This document shows, one piece after another, positions 55,795 to 63,776 of a stretch of 64,000 bases of DNA. The notes under the pieces were generated by a model. The model did no database searches, was not told the origin of the DNA, and was given only the letters and a program-made list of their open reading frames with translations. This stretch comes from an uncultured Candidatus Saccharibacteria bacterium (lineage in GTDB: Bacteria > Patescibacteriota > Saccharimonadia > Saccharimonadales > JALRHH01), in assembly GCA_964639295.1 (NCBI GenBank), contig CAZXDT010000004.1:11096-75095 (forward strand), read 5' to 3'. The position numbers and the translations under genes are program-made. Position 1 is the first letter of the stretch; the number at the start of each line of letters is the position of its first letter.

Positions 55795-55810
55795 AGTGAT
55801 ATATGTCACG
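55795..55810. promoter_or_regulatory. CRP/FNR-type box 1
   Basis: aGTGA-TATATG-TCACg. Confidence 0.5.
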
Positions 55811-55821
55811 AGTGATATATC

Positions 55822-55837
55822 TGTGATATATTTCACC
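55822..55837. promoter_or_regulatory. CRP/FNR-type box 2
   Basis: tGTGA-TATATT-TCACc. Confidence 0.5.
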
Positions 55838-55879
55838 AAAGGAAGCTCTCCACCCCTCTAGCATCAGATACAAAATTCT

Positions 55880-55887
55880 TGTATAAT
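55880..55887 (+). promoter_or_regulatory. Extended -10 element upstream of tRNA-Gln
   Basis: TGTATAAT, 24 nt upstream of the mature tRNA 5' end. Confidence 0.5.
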
Positions 55888-55910
55888 CCACTGGTCCAAC
55901 ACCCAAACAA

Positions 55911-55985
55911 TGGGATGTCGCCAAGTGGTAAGGCACTGGTTTCTGGTACCAGCATTCGGGGGTTCGAATCCCTCCATCCCAGCCA
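55911..55985 (+). tRNA. tRNA-Gln (anticodon CUG), CCA encoded
   Basis: Hand-folded cloverleaf: acceptor TGGGATG/CATCCCA, 3-bp D stem GCC/GGC, anticodon arm CTGGT-TTCTGGT-ACCAG, T arm GGGGG-TTCGAAT-CCCTC, discriminator G, then CCA. The architecture matches E. coli tRNA-Gln. Confidence 0.95.
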
Positions 55986-55992
55986 AAATATG

Positions 55993-56030
55993 AAGTCCAT
56001 CTGCAAATTGCAGTTTGGACTTTTTATTTT
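55993..56030 (+). terminator. Intrinsic terminator after tRNA-Gln
   Basis: AAGTCCA-t-CTGCA-aat-TGCAG-tt-TGGACTT followed by TTTTATTTT. Confidence 0.75.
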
Positions 56031-56240
56031 GGCCTGTGCGGATTGGGGATTCGAACGGGACTGCCAGTGGCAGTCCCCGCCCCTTGCCCCAGAAAGGCCT
56101 ATGGCCTTTGGGGTCGTCTAAGCAGAATATTTTGTTCTGCGGACGAGGCGAATCCCTCCGTTTACGATCGTGAGTCGAACCCCTCTTCTTACAGTCATGT
56201 ACTACCTTCCACATAAGAAAAGTGACTCCGGTCACAGTCT
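56031..56240 (-). ncRNA. Unclassified GC-rich structured RNA candidate with tRNA-like T-loop motifs
   Basis: Non-coding, and more G+C-rich than its flanks. The minus strand carries GGGTTCGAC, GGGATTCGCC and CGTTCGAATCCCC...GGCCA. Hairpins lie at 56057..56077 (9 bp), 56087..56113, 56122..56140 and 56222..56235. No canonical cloverleaf could be folded. Confidence 0.4.
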
Positions 56241-56269
56241 CGTTAGTTATAGAAAGTTATAATTAATAT

Positions 56270-56881
56270 ATGAAGACTGACTACAAGAAAGAATTAAAGC
56301 AATTCTACACCGGGAAAGTTAACAAACCCGTCGTCGTACAGCTGCCAAAAATGAACTTTATTATGATAGATGGTAAGGGTGACCCTAATACAAGCCAGGA
56401 ATACATTGATGCTATTCAGGCTCTCTACCCTGTTGCATATACGATCAAATTCACAAGCAAGAATAAGTATGGTCAAGATTTTGGTGTTATGCCACTTGAA
56501 GGCCTCTGGTGGACAGAAGACATGGCCCAATTTAGCACCAAAGACAAGAGTGACTGGCTCTGGACAGCAATGATCATGCAGCCCGATATAATCACTGAAG
56601 ACGTCTTCAATGAAGCCTTCCAACAGGTCAGACAGAAAAAATCCCCCAAATCCTTAGATAAACTTCGCTTTGCATCATACGAGGAAGGCAGGGCGGCACA
56701 AGTATTATATGTTGGCCCCTACTCTGAAGAAGGCCCAACAATACAAGAACTGCATGGCTTCATAAAGGAACAGGGCGGCGTACTTGAGGCAAGCACAAAA
56801 CACCATCATGAGATCTATCTCGGTGACCCTAGACGAACTGACCCAACCAAACTTAAGACTATTATTCGCCAACCCTTTTAA
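56270..56881 (+). CDS. GyrI-like small-molecule-binding domain protein
   Basis: 203 aa with IMIDGKGDPNTS, PLEGLWW and YLGDPRRT patterns typical of the GyrI-like family. Confidence 0.8.
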   Translation: MKTDYKKELKQFYTGKVNKPVVVQLPKMNFIMIDGKGDPNTSQEYIDAIQALYPVAYTIKFTSKNKYGQDFGVMPLEGLWWTEDMAQFSTKDKSDWLWTAMIMQPDIITEDVFNEAFQQVRQKKSPKSLDKLRFASYEEGRAAQVLYVGPYSEEGPTIQELHGFIKEQGGVLEASTKHHHEIYLGDPRRTDPTKLKTIIRQPF

Positions 56882-56882
56882 A

Positions 56883-57824
56883 CTAAATATACCTTCGACG
56901 CAATGCGACCTGCAGACAAACAAACCCTGGCACAATAGGCAACCAATACGTAATAAAACGGTACATTAACGCCGTGATCAATGCTTGATGAGGCGTAATT
57001 CCGACAGACACTAACGCCGCAACGATTCCAACTTCTGCCCCACCAATCCCACCGGGCGTCGGAGTTACAGAAGCGGCAGCCACGCCTATAGTTAGCACAA
57101 ACAATGCCTGCGGTATAGAAAGATGCACATTGAACGCCAACCCAATAGTATAGAGCGCAAGCGTATAGCCTACGGTAATCGCCATAGAGGATAAGAGCGC
57201 CCAAAATAAGCGCACGGGTTTATGTAGGCTACTTTTGATCACCGTTTTAAATGCCCTTTTTACTTTACGAATTAACTTCAAGCCAAAAGTAACCAGCAGA
57301 AGTAACCCCGCAAACAAAATCATAACGATCAGCGTCAACCATCCACTCGATATATGTGCGTGAACTTCAAGAGAGTTCCTGAGTGAACCTGGGTTCAACA
57401 TTAGTGTACATAGGAGCAAAATCACCATCCCAACAAACCCCAGGAAGTTATTTAGAGCCACTACAGCACCGGCTTGAATTCCTGTATGACCACGCTTAAC
57501 CAGGTAGCTAATGTTCAGAGTAACGATTCCAGCACCCAACGGCACAAGCCTATTAGTAAACCCGCTAGCCAGCTGAATAAGTAGCGTTCTGGTGTACGGT
57601 AAAGGCTTCAGTGATATAAATACATACACCAATGCAGCTGCAAAAAAGGTAGATACCCAAGCCAGGATACTCAGTCCCACATACACGAAGTCTGCATCCT
57701 GCAAGGTATTAACACTGTCTCCAAAGGATGACAGGCGCGGCAATACAATACAAAAAGCCAAAACAACAAAAACCAGCATTAAGACATTTCTACGATTAAA
57801 GTGCCTGTTATGCTTATTTGTCAT
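56883..57824 (-). CDS. UPF0104 / lysylphosphatidylglycerol-synthase transmembrane-region (flippase-like) membrane protein
   Basis: 313-aa polytopic protein with the TPGGIGGAEVG motif. Confidence 0.75.
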   Translation of the reverse strand: MTNKHNRHFNRRNVLMLVFVVLAFCIVLPRLSSFGDSVNTLQDADFVYVGLSILAWVSTFFAAALVYVFISLKPLPYTRTLLIQLASGFTNRLVPLGAGIVTLNISYLVKRGHTGIQAGAVVALNNFLGFVGMVILLLCTLMLNPGSLRNSLEVHAHISSGWLTLIVMILFAGLLLLVTFGLKLIRKVKRAFKTVIKSSLHKPVRLFWALLSSMAITVGYTLALYTIGLAFNVHLSIPQALFVLTIGVAAASVTPTPGGIGGAEVGIVAALVSVGITPHQALITALMYRFITYWLPIVPGFVCLQVALRRRYI

Positions 57825-57850
57825 ATCTTCATGATATCAGCTGTCTAACT

Positions 57851-57879
57851 AAAAAGACCGCCACTTGGGCGGTCTTTTT
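57851..57879. terminator. Bidirectional intrinsic terminator
   Basis: AAAAAGACCGCC-actt(g)-GGCGGTCTTTTT. Confidence 0.8.
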
Positions 57880-57893
57880 AGTATGTATAGTCT

Positions 57894-58415
57894 TTATTCA
57901 CTAACTGTGAACTTGATTGGGTACATACCAAGTTTAACATTTGTACCAGTCGTACCAGTGGTGTAGGTTCCTTGGAGCTCTAAGAAGCCTTCAGCACCCT
58001 TTGCGCTTGAGTTAAATACCTTATTAGATACAGTGAAAGTTCCCTTACCGCCCGTACCTTCCATGTTACCGCCGCCCATTGGCTGAACTTTGCCGTCAGC
58101 TTGGATGTAGTAGAGCTGGTATGACAATGTCGCATACGAATCATTATTTGTTTTGCTGCCATCATATTCAAACGTCAGTGTCTGGCCGTTGCCAAACTCT
58201 ACGCCCTTTTCCGGGTATTTAGTAACACTGGGGTCAGAAAATACTTTGTAATCACCGTTAGGATCATCAAGCTTTACCTTAGAGTCAGAACCCTGACTTG
58301 TACCAGTACTGTTACTTGCTGTTGGTGTGTCTTTCTTGTTAGTAACTAACACAACTCCGGCGACCACTACGACCGCACCTACGGCACCTGCTGCAATTAT
58401 TGCTGGTTTTGGCAT
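57894..58415 (-). CDS. Hypothetical membrane-anchored extracytoplasmic protein
   Basis: 173 aa with an N-terminal transmembrane helix, a Ser/Thr-rich linker and a beta-rich C-terminal region. Confidence 0.6.
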   Translation of the reverse strand: MPKPAIIAAGAVGAVVVVAGVVLVTNKKDTPTASNSTGTSQGSDSKVKLDDPNGDYKVFSDPSVTKYPEKGVEFGNGQTLTFEYDGSKTNNDSYATLSYQLYYIQADGKVQPMGGGNMEGTGGKGTFTVSNKVFNSSAKGAEGFLELQGTYTTGTTGTNVKLGMYPIKFTVSE

Positions 58416-58501
58416 CTAAACTCTCCCTGTATTTATGCTGAACATTGTAAACTAAAGCATAAGCCCCGTCACTAACTAAATACTTTGCTATACTGCCACC
58501 A

Positions 58502-58804
58502 ATGAACTTGCAGAAATTTCGATGGTCTAAGGTATACGAATCTTCAGAAGAAGAGTTAGTTGAGCTTTTAGATGCCCAGAATCAAACTGCCGAACGGTGG
58601 GTAGCAGCAGAGTTTCACGACTTTGGTGCCCAAAACCTGGAACAAGATGCAACCATTTACTGTGCGGATGGTTCGCTTGTTGTCTGGTCAGAGGGTAAGA
58701 AGATATCCTTGCAGCCTGGCGACGCACTACGGCTACCCGCAGATGCCCCATTCAAAGCAACAGCCGGCATGGCTGGCTGTGTGTGCTACGAAGTTTTAGC
58801 TTGA
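58502..58804 (+). CDS. Hypothetical 100-aa protein (possibly cupin-fold)
   Basis: The ORF has a plausible beta-rich composition. No firm motif was found. Confidence 0.4.
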   Translation: MNLQKFRWSKVYESSEEELVELLDAQNQTAERWVAAEFHDFGAQNLEQDATIYCADGSLVVWSEGKKISLQPGDALRLPADAPFKATAGMAGCVCYEVLA

Positions 58805-58970
58805 GTACCCCATCACACCTAAATCTACGGGTCTAACCAACAAGTAATAACATCTGACGTCTTATCCACTCTGCCGCTCGTAGCTACGGCTACGACAACA
58901 GAGCTGTCTAAATCGCCAGCTGCCATTACTAGTTGGTCATCTTGCCAAAGATTTAGGTATGACGGGGTAC
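58805..58970. repeat. 166-nt imperfect palindromic intergenic element (MITE-like or long hairpin)
   Basis: Terminal 22-nt inverted repeats at 58805..58826 and 58949..58970 match 20/22. The inner pair CCAACAAGTAAT/ATTACTAGTTGG matches 11/12. The central hairpin CGTAGC-tacg-GCTACG lies exactly at the symmetry centre. Confidence 0.65.
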
Positions 58971-59779
58971 TAATTACTAGATTTGTTGCGGAAGAGAATT
59001 GATGCGACTGGGATGGCAACGACCATAATCCCAACACTCCACGCAATAGATGTCCAGACATAGTTCTGAACCGGTGCGTTGAGCATCAGCGCACGAACTG
59101 CGTCAACTACTTGTGTAATAGGTTGGTTCTCTGCAAATGTTTTGAGTACACTCGGCATACTCTCGGCGGGCACAAAGGCACTACTAGCAAAAGTCAGTGG
59201 GAAGATGATAATAAACGTCAGCCACTGCACTGCCTCTACACTCTTTGCGATAACACCCATAATTGCGGCCAACCATGAGAAAGCAAAGGTAAAGAGCACT
59301 AGAATACCGGCAATAAGCAGCCAATCAGTAAAGCTCGCACTACTACGGAAGCCAATTACGAGACCAGTCAGTAACATTACAGTAGTAGAAATTGTGTTTC
59401 GTAACAGATCAGAGATAACATGGCCGTTTAATACTGCCAGGTTTGCCATCGGTAGTGAGCGGAACCTGTCTACGATTCCCTTTTGTAGGTCATTACAGAC
59501 AGCAATAGCGGTGGTCGTGGAGCCAAATGATACAGTTTGCACAATAATACCAGCCATCAAGAAGTTAAGATAACTCACGCCTTCTGGTAGAGATTCTTTA
59601 ACCGCGCCACCAAATACGGCCGCGAACAATACCAAAAACATGATTGGCTGGAAGAATGCACCGAGCAGCTGATCAGTATTGCGTAAAATATGCGTGCTGC
59701 TACGCTTGATCATGATCCATGAATCAATCGCGTAGAGTAGCCACTTTGGTTTCTTCTCAAATTCTAGAGTAACTGCCAT
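58970..59779 (-). CDS. ABC-2-type exporter permease (DrrB-like)
   Basis: 269 aa with six predicted transmembrane helices. It overlaps the ATPase gene by 1 nt. Confidence 0.85.
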   Translation of the reverse strand: MAVTLEFEKKPKWLLYAIDSWIMIKRSSTHILRNTDQLLGAFFQPIMFLVLFAAVFGGAVKESLPEGVSYLNFLMAGIIVQTVSFGSTTTAIAVCNDLQKGIVDRFRSLPMANLAVLNGHVISDLLRNTISTTVMLLTGLVIGFRSSASFTDWLLIAGILVLFTFAFSWLAAIMGVIAKSVEAVQWLTFIIIFPLTFASSAFVPAESMPSVLKTFAENQPITQVVDAVRALMLNAPVQNYVWTSIAWSVGIMVVAIPVASILFRNKSSN

Positions 59780-60741
59780 TATTTTTTACCCTCTTTCTCG
59801 ACTGTCTTTTGCTTACCGGTTAGTGACAAGAATACGTCGTCTAATGTTGGCTTATGGACGGCCATAGAAGCGATGACTGCTTTAGTTGTAGCTAATGTAT
59901 CAAGCACGCTCTTCACATCCTTATTGGTGTCGCTGATAACCAGACTAACAGTAAATTCCTTGTCGTTTGTATCAACGATTGCCTTACCAAGTGCCTTCTT
60001 GGCAATATCAAGCCCGACTGCATCCTTGAAGGTTAGCTCGAGGCGGTCTTTACCAACTTTGCTCTTCAGTTCTGATGCAGTTCCCTTAGCGATGACCTTA
60101 CCACCATCGATCACCACAATCTGGTCGGCAAGTTGGTCAGCTTCTTCAAGGTATTGGGTGGTTAGCAGAATGGTTGTTCCGTTAGCCATTAACTTCTTGA
60201 TAATTTCCCACATTGCTAAACGTGAACGTGGGTCAAGACCCGTTGTCGGCTCATCCAGAAAGATAATAGGCGGAGTAGCAATCAAGCTAACCGCCAGGTC
60301 TAAACGGCGGCGCATACCACCAGAATAAGTCTTTGCTGGGCGATCAGCAGCCTTAACGATATCAAACTGTTCTAGAAGTTCATTCGCACGTGCAGTGGCA
60401 CTTTCCTTAGTCAAACGATAGAGCCTGCCCATCATAACCAGGTTTTCACGGCCAGTTAGCAGTTCGTCAACAGCAGCGGATTGGCCAGTAAGCCCAATAA
60501 CACCACGTACTTTATCTGCCTCACTGGCAACGTCAAACCCAGCAACATGCACATCACCTTTATCAAAGTGCAGTAGTGTACTAAGGATACGCACAGTAGT
60601 CGTCTTGCCCGCGCCATTTGGCCCGAGAAGCGCCAACATTGTGCCCTTTTCAACTGTGAGGTCGATTCCTCTTAAAACTTGGTTAGTACCGTAGGACTTT
60701 GTCAGCCCTTTTACCTGAATTGCGTAATCTGTCTTGCTCAT
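59779..60741 (-). CDS. ABC transporter ATP-binding protein (DrrA-like)
   Basis: 320 aa with Walker A GPNGAGKTT, the signature YSGGMRRRL and Walker B IIFLDEPT. Confidence 0.95.
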   Translation of the reverse strand: MSKTDYAIQVKGLTKSYGTNQVLRGIDLTVEKGTMLALLGPNGAGKTTTVRILSTLLHFDKGDVHVAGFDVASEADKVRGVIGLTGQSAAVDELLTGRENLVMMGRLYRLTKESATARANELLEQFDIVKAADRPAKTYSGGMRRRLDLAVSLIATPPIIFLDEPTTGLDPRSRLAMWEIIKKLMANGTTILLTTQYLEEADQLADQIVVIDGGKVIAKGTASELKSKVGKDRLELTFKDAVGLDIAKKALGKAIVDTNDKEFTVSLVISDTNKDVKSVLDTLATTKAVIASMAVHKPTLDDVFLSLTGKQKTVEKEGKK

Positions 60742-60831
60742 ATGTGACCACTATACCATATATAGTATGTCAATTTCAGGGGTGTATTTTGGACCAATAA
60801 TAAGCGATCGTAATTGTGGTAGACTGGCCTC

Positions 60832-61614
60832 ATGATTATCCTGATCCATACCTCCAAAACAATGCGCCACCCAGGGCCGGAGTGTTCATCAGGCAAAAAA
60901 CCACAATTACTAGGGCAAGCACAAAAGCTAGATTCCAAACTAAAGAAACTCACTGCTGCCCAAATAGGCGCAATGATGCAGATTTCCCCAAAGCTCGCAG
61001 CCACAACTTATAGCTTAATTACTGAATGGAATACTGATCCCAGTCAGCAACGAATTGCGATAGATAGCTTTAAGGGGGATATTTACAGTGGGTTACAAGT
61101 TCCTCAGTGGTCAGAGGCAGATAGACAGTACGCTAACAAGACTCTTCGAATACTGTCCGGGTTGTATGGCATACTTCGACCGCTTGATGATATATATCCA
61201 TATCGTTTTGAAATGGGCTATAAGCTGCCTGGTGATCCAAAGACTAACTTATACGAATTTTGGGGAGATGCAGTTGCTAAGACGCTTCCGGAAGACGGAC
61301 CAATCATTAACCTCTCGGCCGTAGAATACAGCAAAGTTATTACTCCATACGTTGACCAAGCACGGGTTATTACACCTCGTTTTCTTACAATCAACCCTAC
61401 GACTAGCGAGCCTACGTTTGTAGTAGTCCATGCCAAAATAGCCCGCGGAGCCTTTGCGAGTTGGCTTATTACTAAACGTATTACGGACACCGAGCAATTA
61501 CATGCATTTAAAGACCTAGGCTACGACTACGATCAAGGTTTAAGTACCCCGCAAGAGCCAGTATTCATATGCAAAGAGTTCGGTGGGCTTGGCTTAAGTA
61601 TTCGCCTAACCTAG
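60832..61614 (+). CDS. yaaA: YaaA-family (UPF0246) peroxide-stress protein
   Basis: 260 aa with MIILIHTSKTM, SGLYGILRPLD and HAKIARG motifs. Confidence 0.9.
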   Translation: MIILIHTSKTMRHPGPECSSGKKPQLLGQAQKLDSKLKKLTAAQIGAMMQISPKLAATTYSLITEWNTDPSQQRIAIDSFKGDIYSGLQVPQWSEADRQYANKTLRILSGLYGILRPLDDIYPYRFEMGYKLPGDPKTNLYEFWGDAVAKTLPEDGPIINLSAVEYSKVITPYVDQARVITPRFLTINPTTSEPTFVVVHAKIARGAFASWLITKRITDTEQLHAFKDLGYDYDQGLSTPQEPVFICKEFGGLGLSIRLT

Positions 61615-62643
61615 TACTGGAATAGGGATCGGTACGTACTGATCCAGTTCCAATACTTCTTCAATATCTTCCAAATCACGTGCAAATGCCAAGCGCACTA
61701 TTGCCAACATCATTTCTTCATACTCAAGCTCCTGATTCAACACGCAGGATTTCGGGAACGAACCATAGCCTGTGATAAGGCTAGGAAGCAAGTTTGCTTC
61801 AAGAAAATGTGGGACACCATGCTGATCCATACGTATATCAATTCTGCCATAATCACGGGCACCGAGCACTTCAAAAGCATCAATTGCTAAAGCACACAGT
61901 TCACTCTTTAATTCTGTGTCAGTAACAATCGACACTACTTCGGTATTAGCTGCTTTAATCTCAGCACTCAGTACAGCATCCTCAGAGACCAACTCTATAG
62001 GCATAACACTATACTCATCACTGAATTCATGCTTCAGTACAGCCACGCTAAATTCGCGCCCAGGTAGGTGGTTTTCGATAAGGGAGTCTGCTTGAAGATC
62101 GTTTGATAATGATACGACTTTTGCCTGGAGCTCATCAAATGTATGCACTAGAGAATCTGTATCAATTCCCTGTCCGCCGCCACGGTTAGCTGGCTTAACA
62201 AACAATGGGTACGCCAAATCAGTGTCAGTAATATCGGGTATTTCACCTTGTTGCACTAACGAGAACGCCGAGGTCTTGAGGCCCGCTTCCATGACCCTTT
62301 GCTTAGCAAGTTCTTTGTTGAGTTCGAGTATGTGGGATTCATGGCCCGAACCGGTATATAGAATATCGTGTTCGTCCAAACGTTCAGCAACCCAAATCTT
62401 ATGTGGATCGTGACGGCCAATTGAAGCATTAGCCGGAACAAACTTTGTACCTAAAAAGACCAAATCAGGCTTACGGCGGATGAGCGCCTCAAGATCATGT
62501 AAGTTATTTACAATTGTGACTGCCACCGAAGCATAGTGCTTGCTCAGTACTTGTTGGGCTGCCTCACGGGAGACTCTGCCCATAGAACTCAGGCCAAGTT
62601 CAGTAGAACTCACAATTTCAATGTGTTTGGGTATTTTTAACAT
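61606..62643 (-). CDS. ATP-grasp enzyme of the D-Ala-D-Ala ligase family (atypical)
   Basis: 345 aa with PLFVKPANRGGGQGI, GREFSVAVL and GRIDIRMD...FLEANLLPSL. Its 3' end overlaps yaaA by 9 nt in convergent orientation. Confidence 0.75.
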   Translation of the reverse strand: MLKIPKHIEIVSSTELGLSSMGRVSREAAQQVLSKHYASVAVTIVNNLHDLEALIRRKPDLVFLGTKFVPANASIGRHDPHKIWVAERLDEHDILYTGSGHESHILELNKELAKQRVMEAGLKTSAFSLVQQGEIPDITDTDLAYPLFVKPANRGGGQGIDTDSLVHTFDELQAKVVSLSNDLQADSLIENHLPGREFSVAVLKHEFSDEYSVMPIELVSEDAVLSAEIKAANTEVVSIVTDTELKSELCALAIDAFEVLGARDYGRIDIRMDQHGVPHFLEANLLPSLITGYGSFPKSCVLNQELEYEEMMLAIVRLAFARDLEDIEEVLELDQYVPIPIPVLG

Positions 62644-62703
62644 AGAGACCTTTGCCGACTCCTTTTATAGGAGCCGGCTAGTGTTTATCTTAGTAGTCTA
62701 GGA

Positions 62704-62997
62704 CTAGTAGGACTTGTTGAAGCCACCGCCACCGCGGTTACCACGGTCAACTTGTGGACGTGCTTCGTTAACAGTGATTGAACGACCATCAACATCTTTG
62801 CCGTTCATAGCTTCGATAGCTTTTTTAGCTGCATCAGCATCTTCTAATTCTACGAAACCAAAGCCTTTTGATTGGCTAGTATCGCGGTCCTTAATAACTG
62901 CTGAGCTTACTACTTTACCGAACTCGGTAAACATTGCTTCTAGTCCTTGGTCGTTTACGCTGTATGCGAGTCCACCAACATATAGTTTAGTAGCCAT
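62704..62997 (-). CDS. RRM-type RNA-binding protein
   Basis: 97 aa with RNP2 LYVGGL, RNP1 KGFGFVEL and a Gly/Arg tail. Confidence 0.9.
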   Translation of the reverse strand: MATKLYVGGLAYSVNDQGLEAMFTEFGKVVSSAVIKDRDTSQSKGFGFVELEDADAAKKAIEAMNGKDVDGRSITVNEARPQVDRGNRGGGGFNKSY

Positions 62998-63177
62998 GAT
63001 TTATATCCTTCTTTTGAGTTAATATCACACGAGTTTAGTATCGTCTAACCGTAATGATAGTGAGCCCAAAAGAGTCCAATATAAGTCGGAGAGGTTATAG
63101 TAACCACTTGCGTACCCTTATTCTAACACGTTTACGGCAATACCGCCCCATACTCGAGCGAGTTTACCCCTGTTATT

Positions 63178-63726
63178 CTAGGCCTGTTGATCAAGTAGCT
63201 CCATTAATTTAGTGACCGTATCGTAGGTGCGGATGGTCATGTTTTTATATGCAGGCGTACCGACAATTCTATTGAGTCGACTCTTAGTCCTCATGGCACT
63301 AAGCCGCTGGGAGTAAACCACTGCTTCGCCCTGCCAGATTGTATCGACTCCCTCTTTAGGGCTGAATACCATCATTGCTTCGACAACGTCTACGTCCATA
63401 AGGAAGATAACATCACTATGGTATTTGTCTGGCCGTTCACCAAACCCTTTGGGCTTGTTATCAATAACCTTTTTAATCTGATCTTGGCTCAGCACCAGCA
63501 CTTTTATAATCTCACTGTCTAACTTGAAACATTTTGGTAGAGCTTCTTCTATATGCGCTTTTACTTCACCTTCCTTTTTGTCGGATTCTAAGATCACGTT
63601 CCCGCTGGCTATATAGGTAGAAACATTAGAAAAGCCACGTTCTTCAAGGCATTCCCTCAGCGCCGCCATCGGCACTTTGTTCTTACCCCCAACATTAATC
63701 CCCCGAAGCAACACAACATATTTCAT
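63178..63726 (-). CDS. DUF1697-family protein
   Basis: MKYVVLLRGINVGGKNKV N-terminus. I prefer the ATG at 63726 (with an AAGGA Shine-Dalgarno sequence) to the track start at 63765. Confidence 0.8.
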   Translation of the reverse strand: MKYVVLLRGINVGGKNKVPMAALRECLEERGFSNVSTYIASGNVILESDKKEGEVKAHIEEALPKCFKLDSEIIKVLVLSQDQIKKVIDNKPKGFGERPDKYHSDVIFLMDVDVVEAMMVFSPKEGVDTIWQGEAVVYSQRLSAMRTKSRLNRIVGTPAYKNMTIRTYDTVTKLMELLDQQA

Positions 63727-63776
63727 ATCCTTATTGTATCGCGGGGGCATATAATCTATACACAATGTCTAAAAAC

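Noticed and set aside
55864-56235. A 123-aa minus-strand ORF and an 80-aa plus-strand ORF across the tRNA region.
   Set aside because: They run through tRNA-Gln, its terminator and GC-rich hairpins. This is an artefact of structured RNA sequence.
56031-56240. tmRNA (ssrA) on the minus strand, suggested by GGGGTTCGAC near the 5' side and GTTCGAATCCCC...CCA at the 3' end.
   Set aside because: It is too short at about 200 nt. No acceptor stem with a G3:U70 pair could be formed between the ends, because only CTGTG/CACAG pairs. No tag reading frame ends in the usual Ala-Ala stop; the best is ...RRTKYSA*. The 3' T arm does not pair. The region is left as unclassified.
58825-59061. A 78-aa minus-strand ORF spanning the palindromic element and the 3' end of the permease gene.
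   Set aside because: It overlaps the well-supported permease gene in another frame and traverses the inverted repeats. It has no ribosome-binding site.
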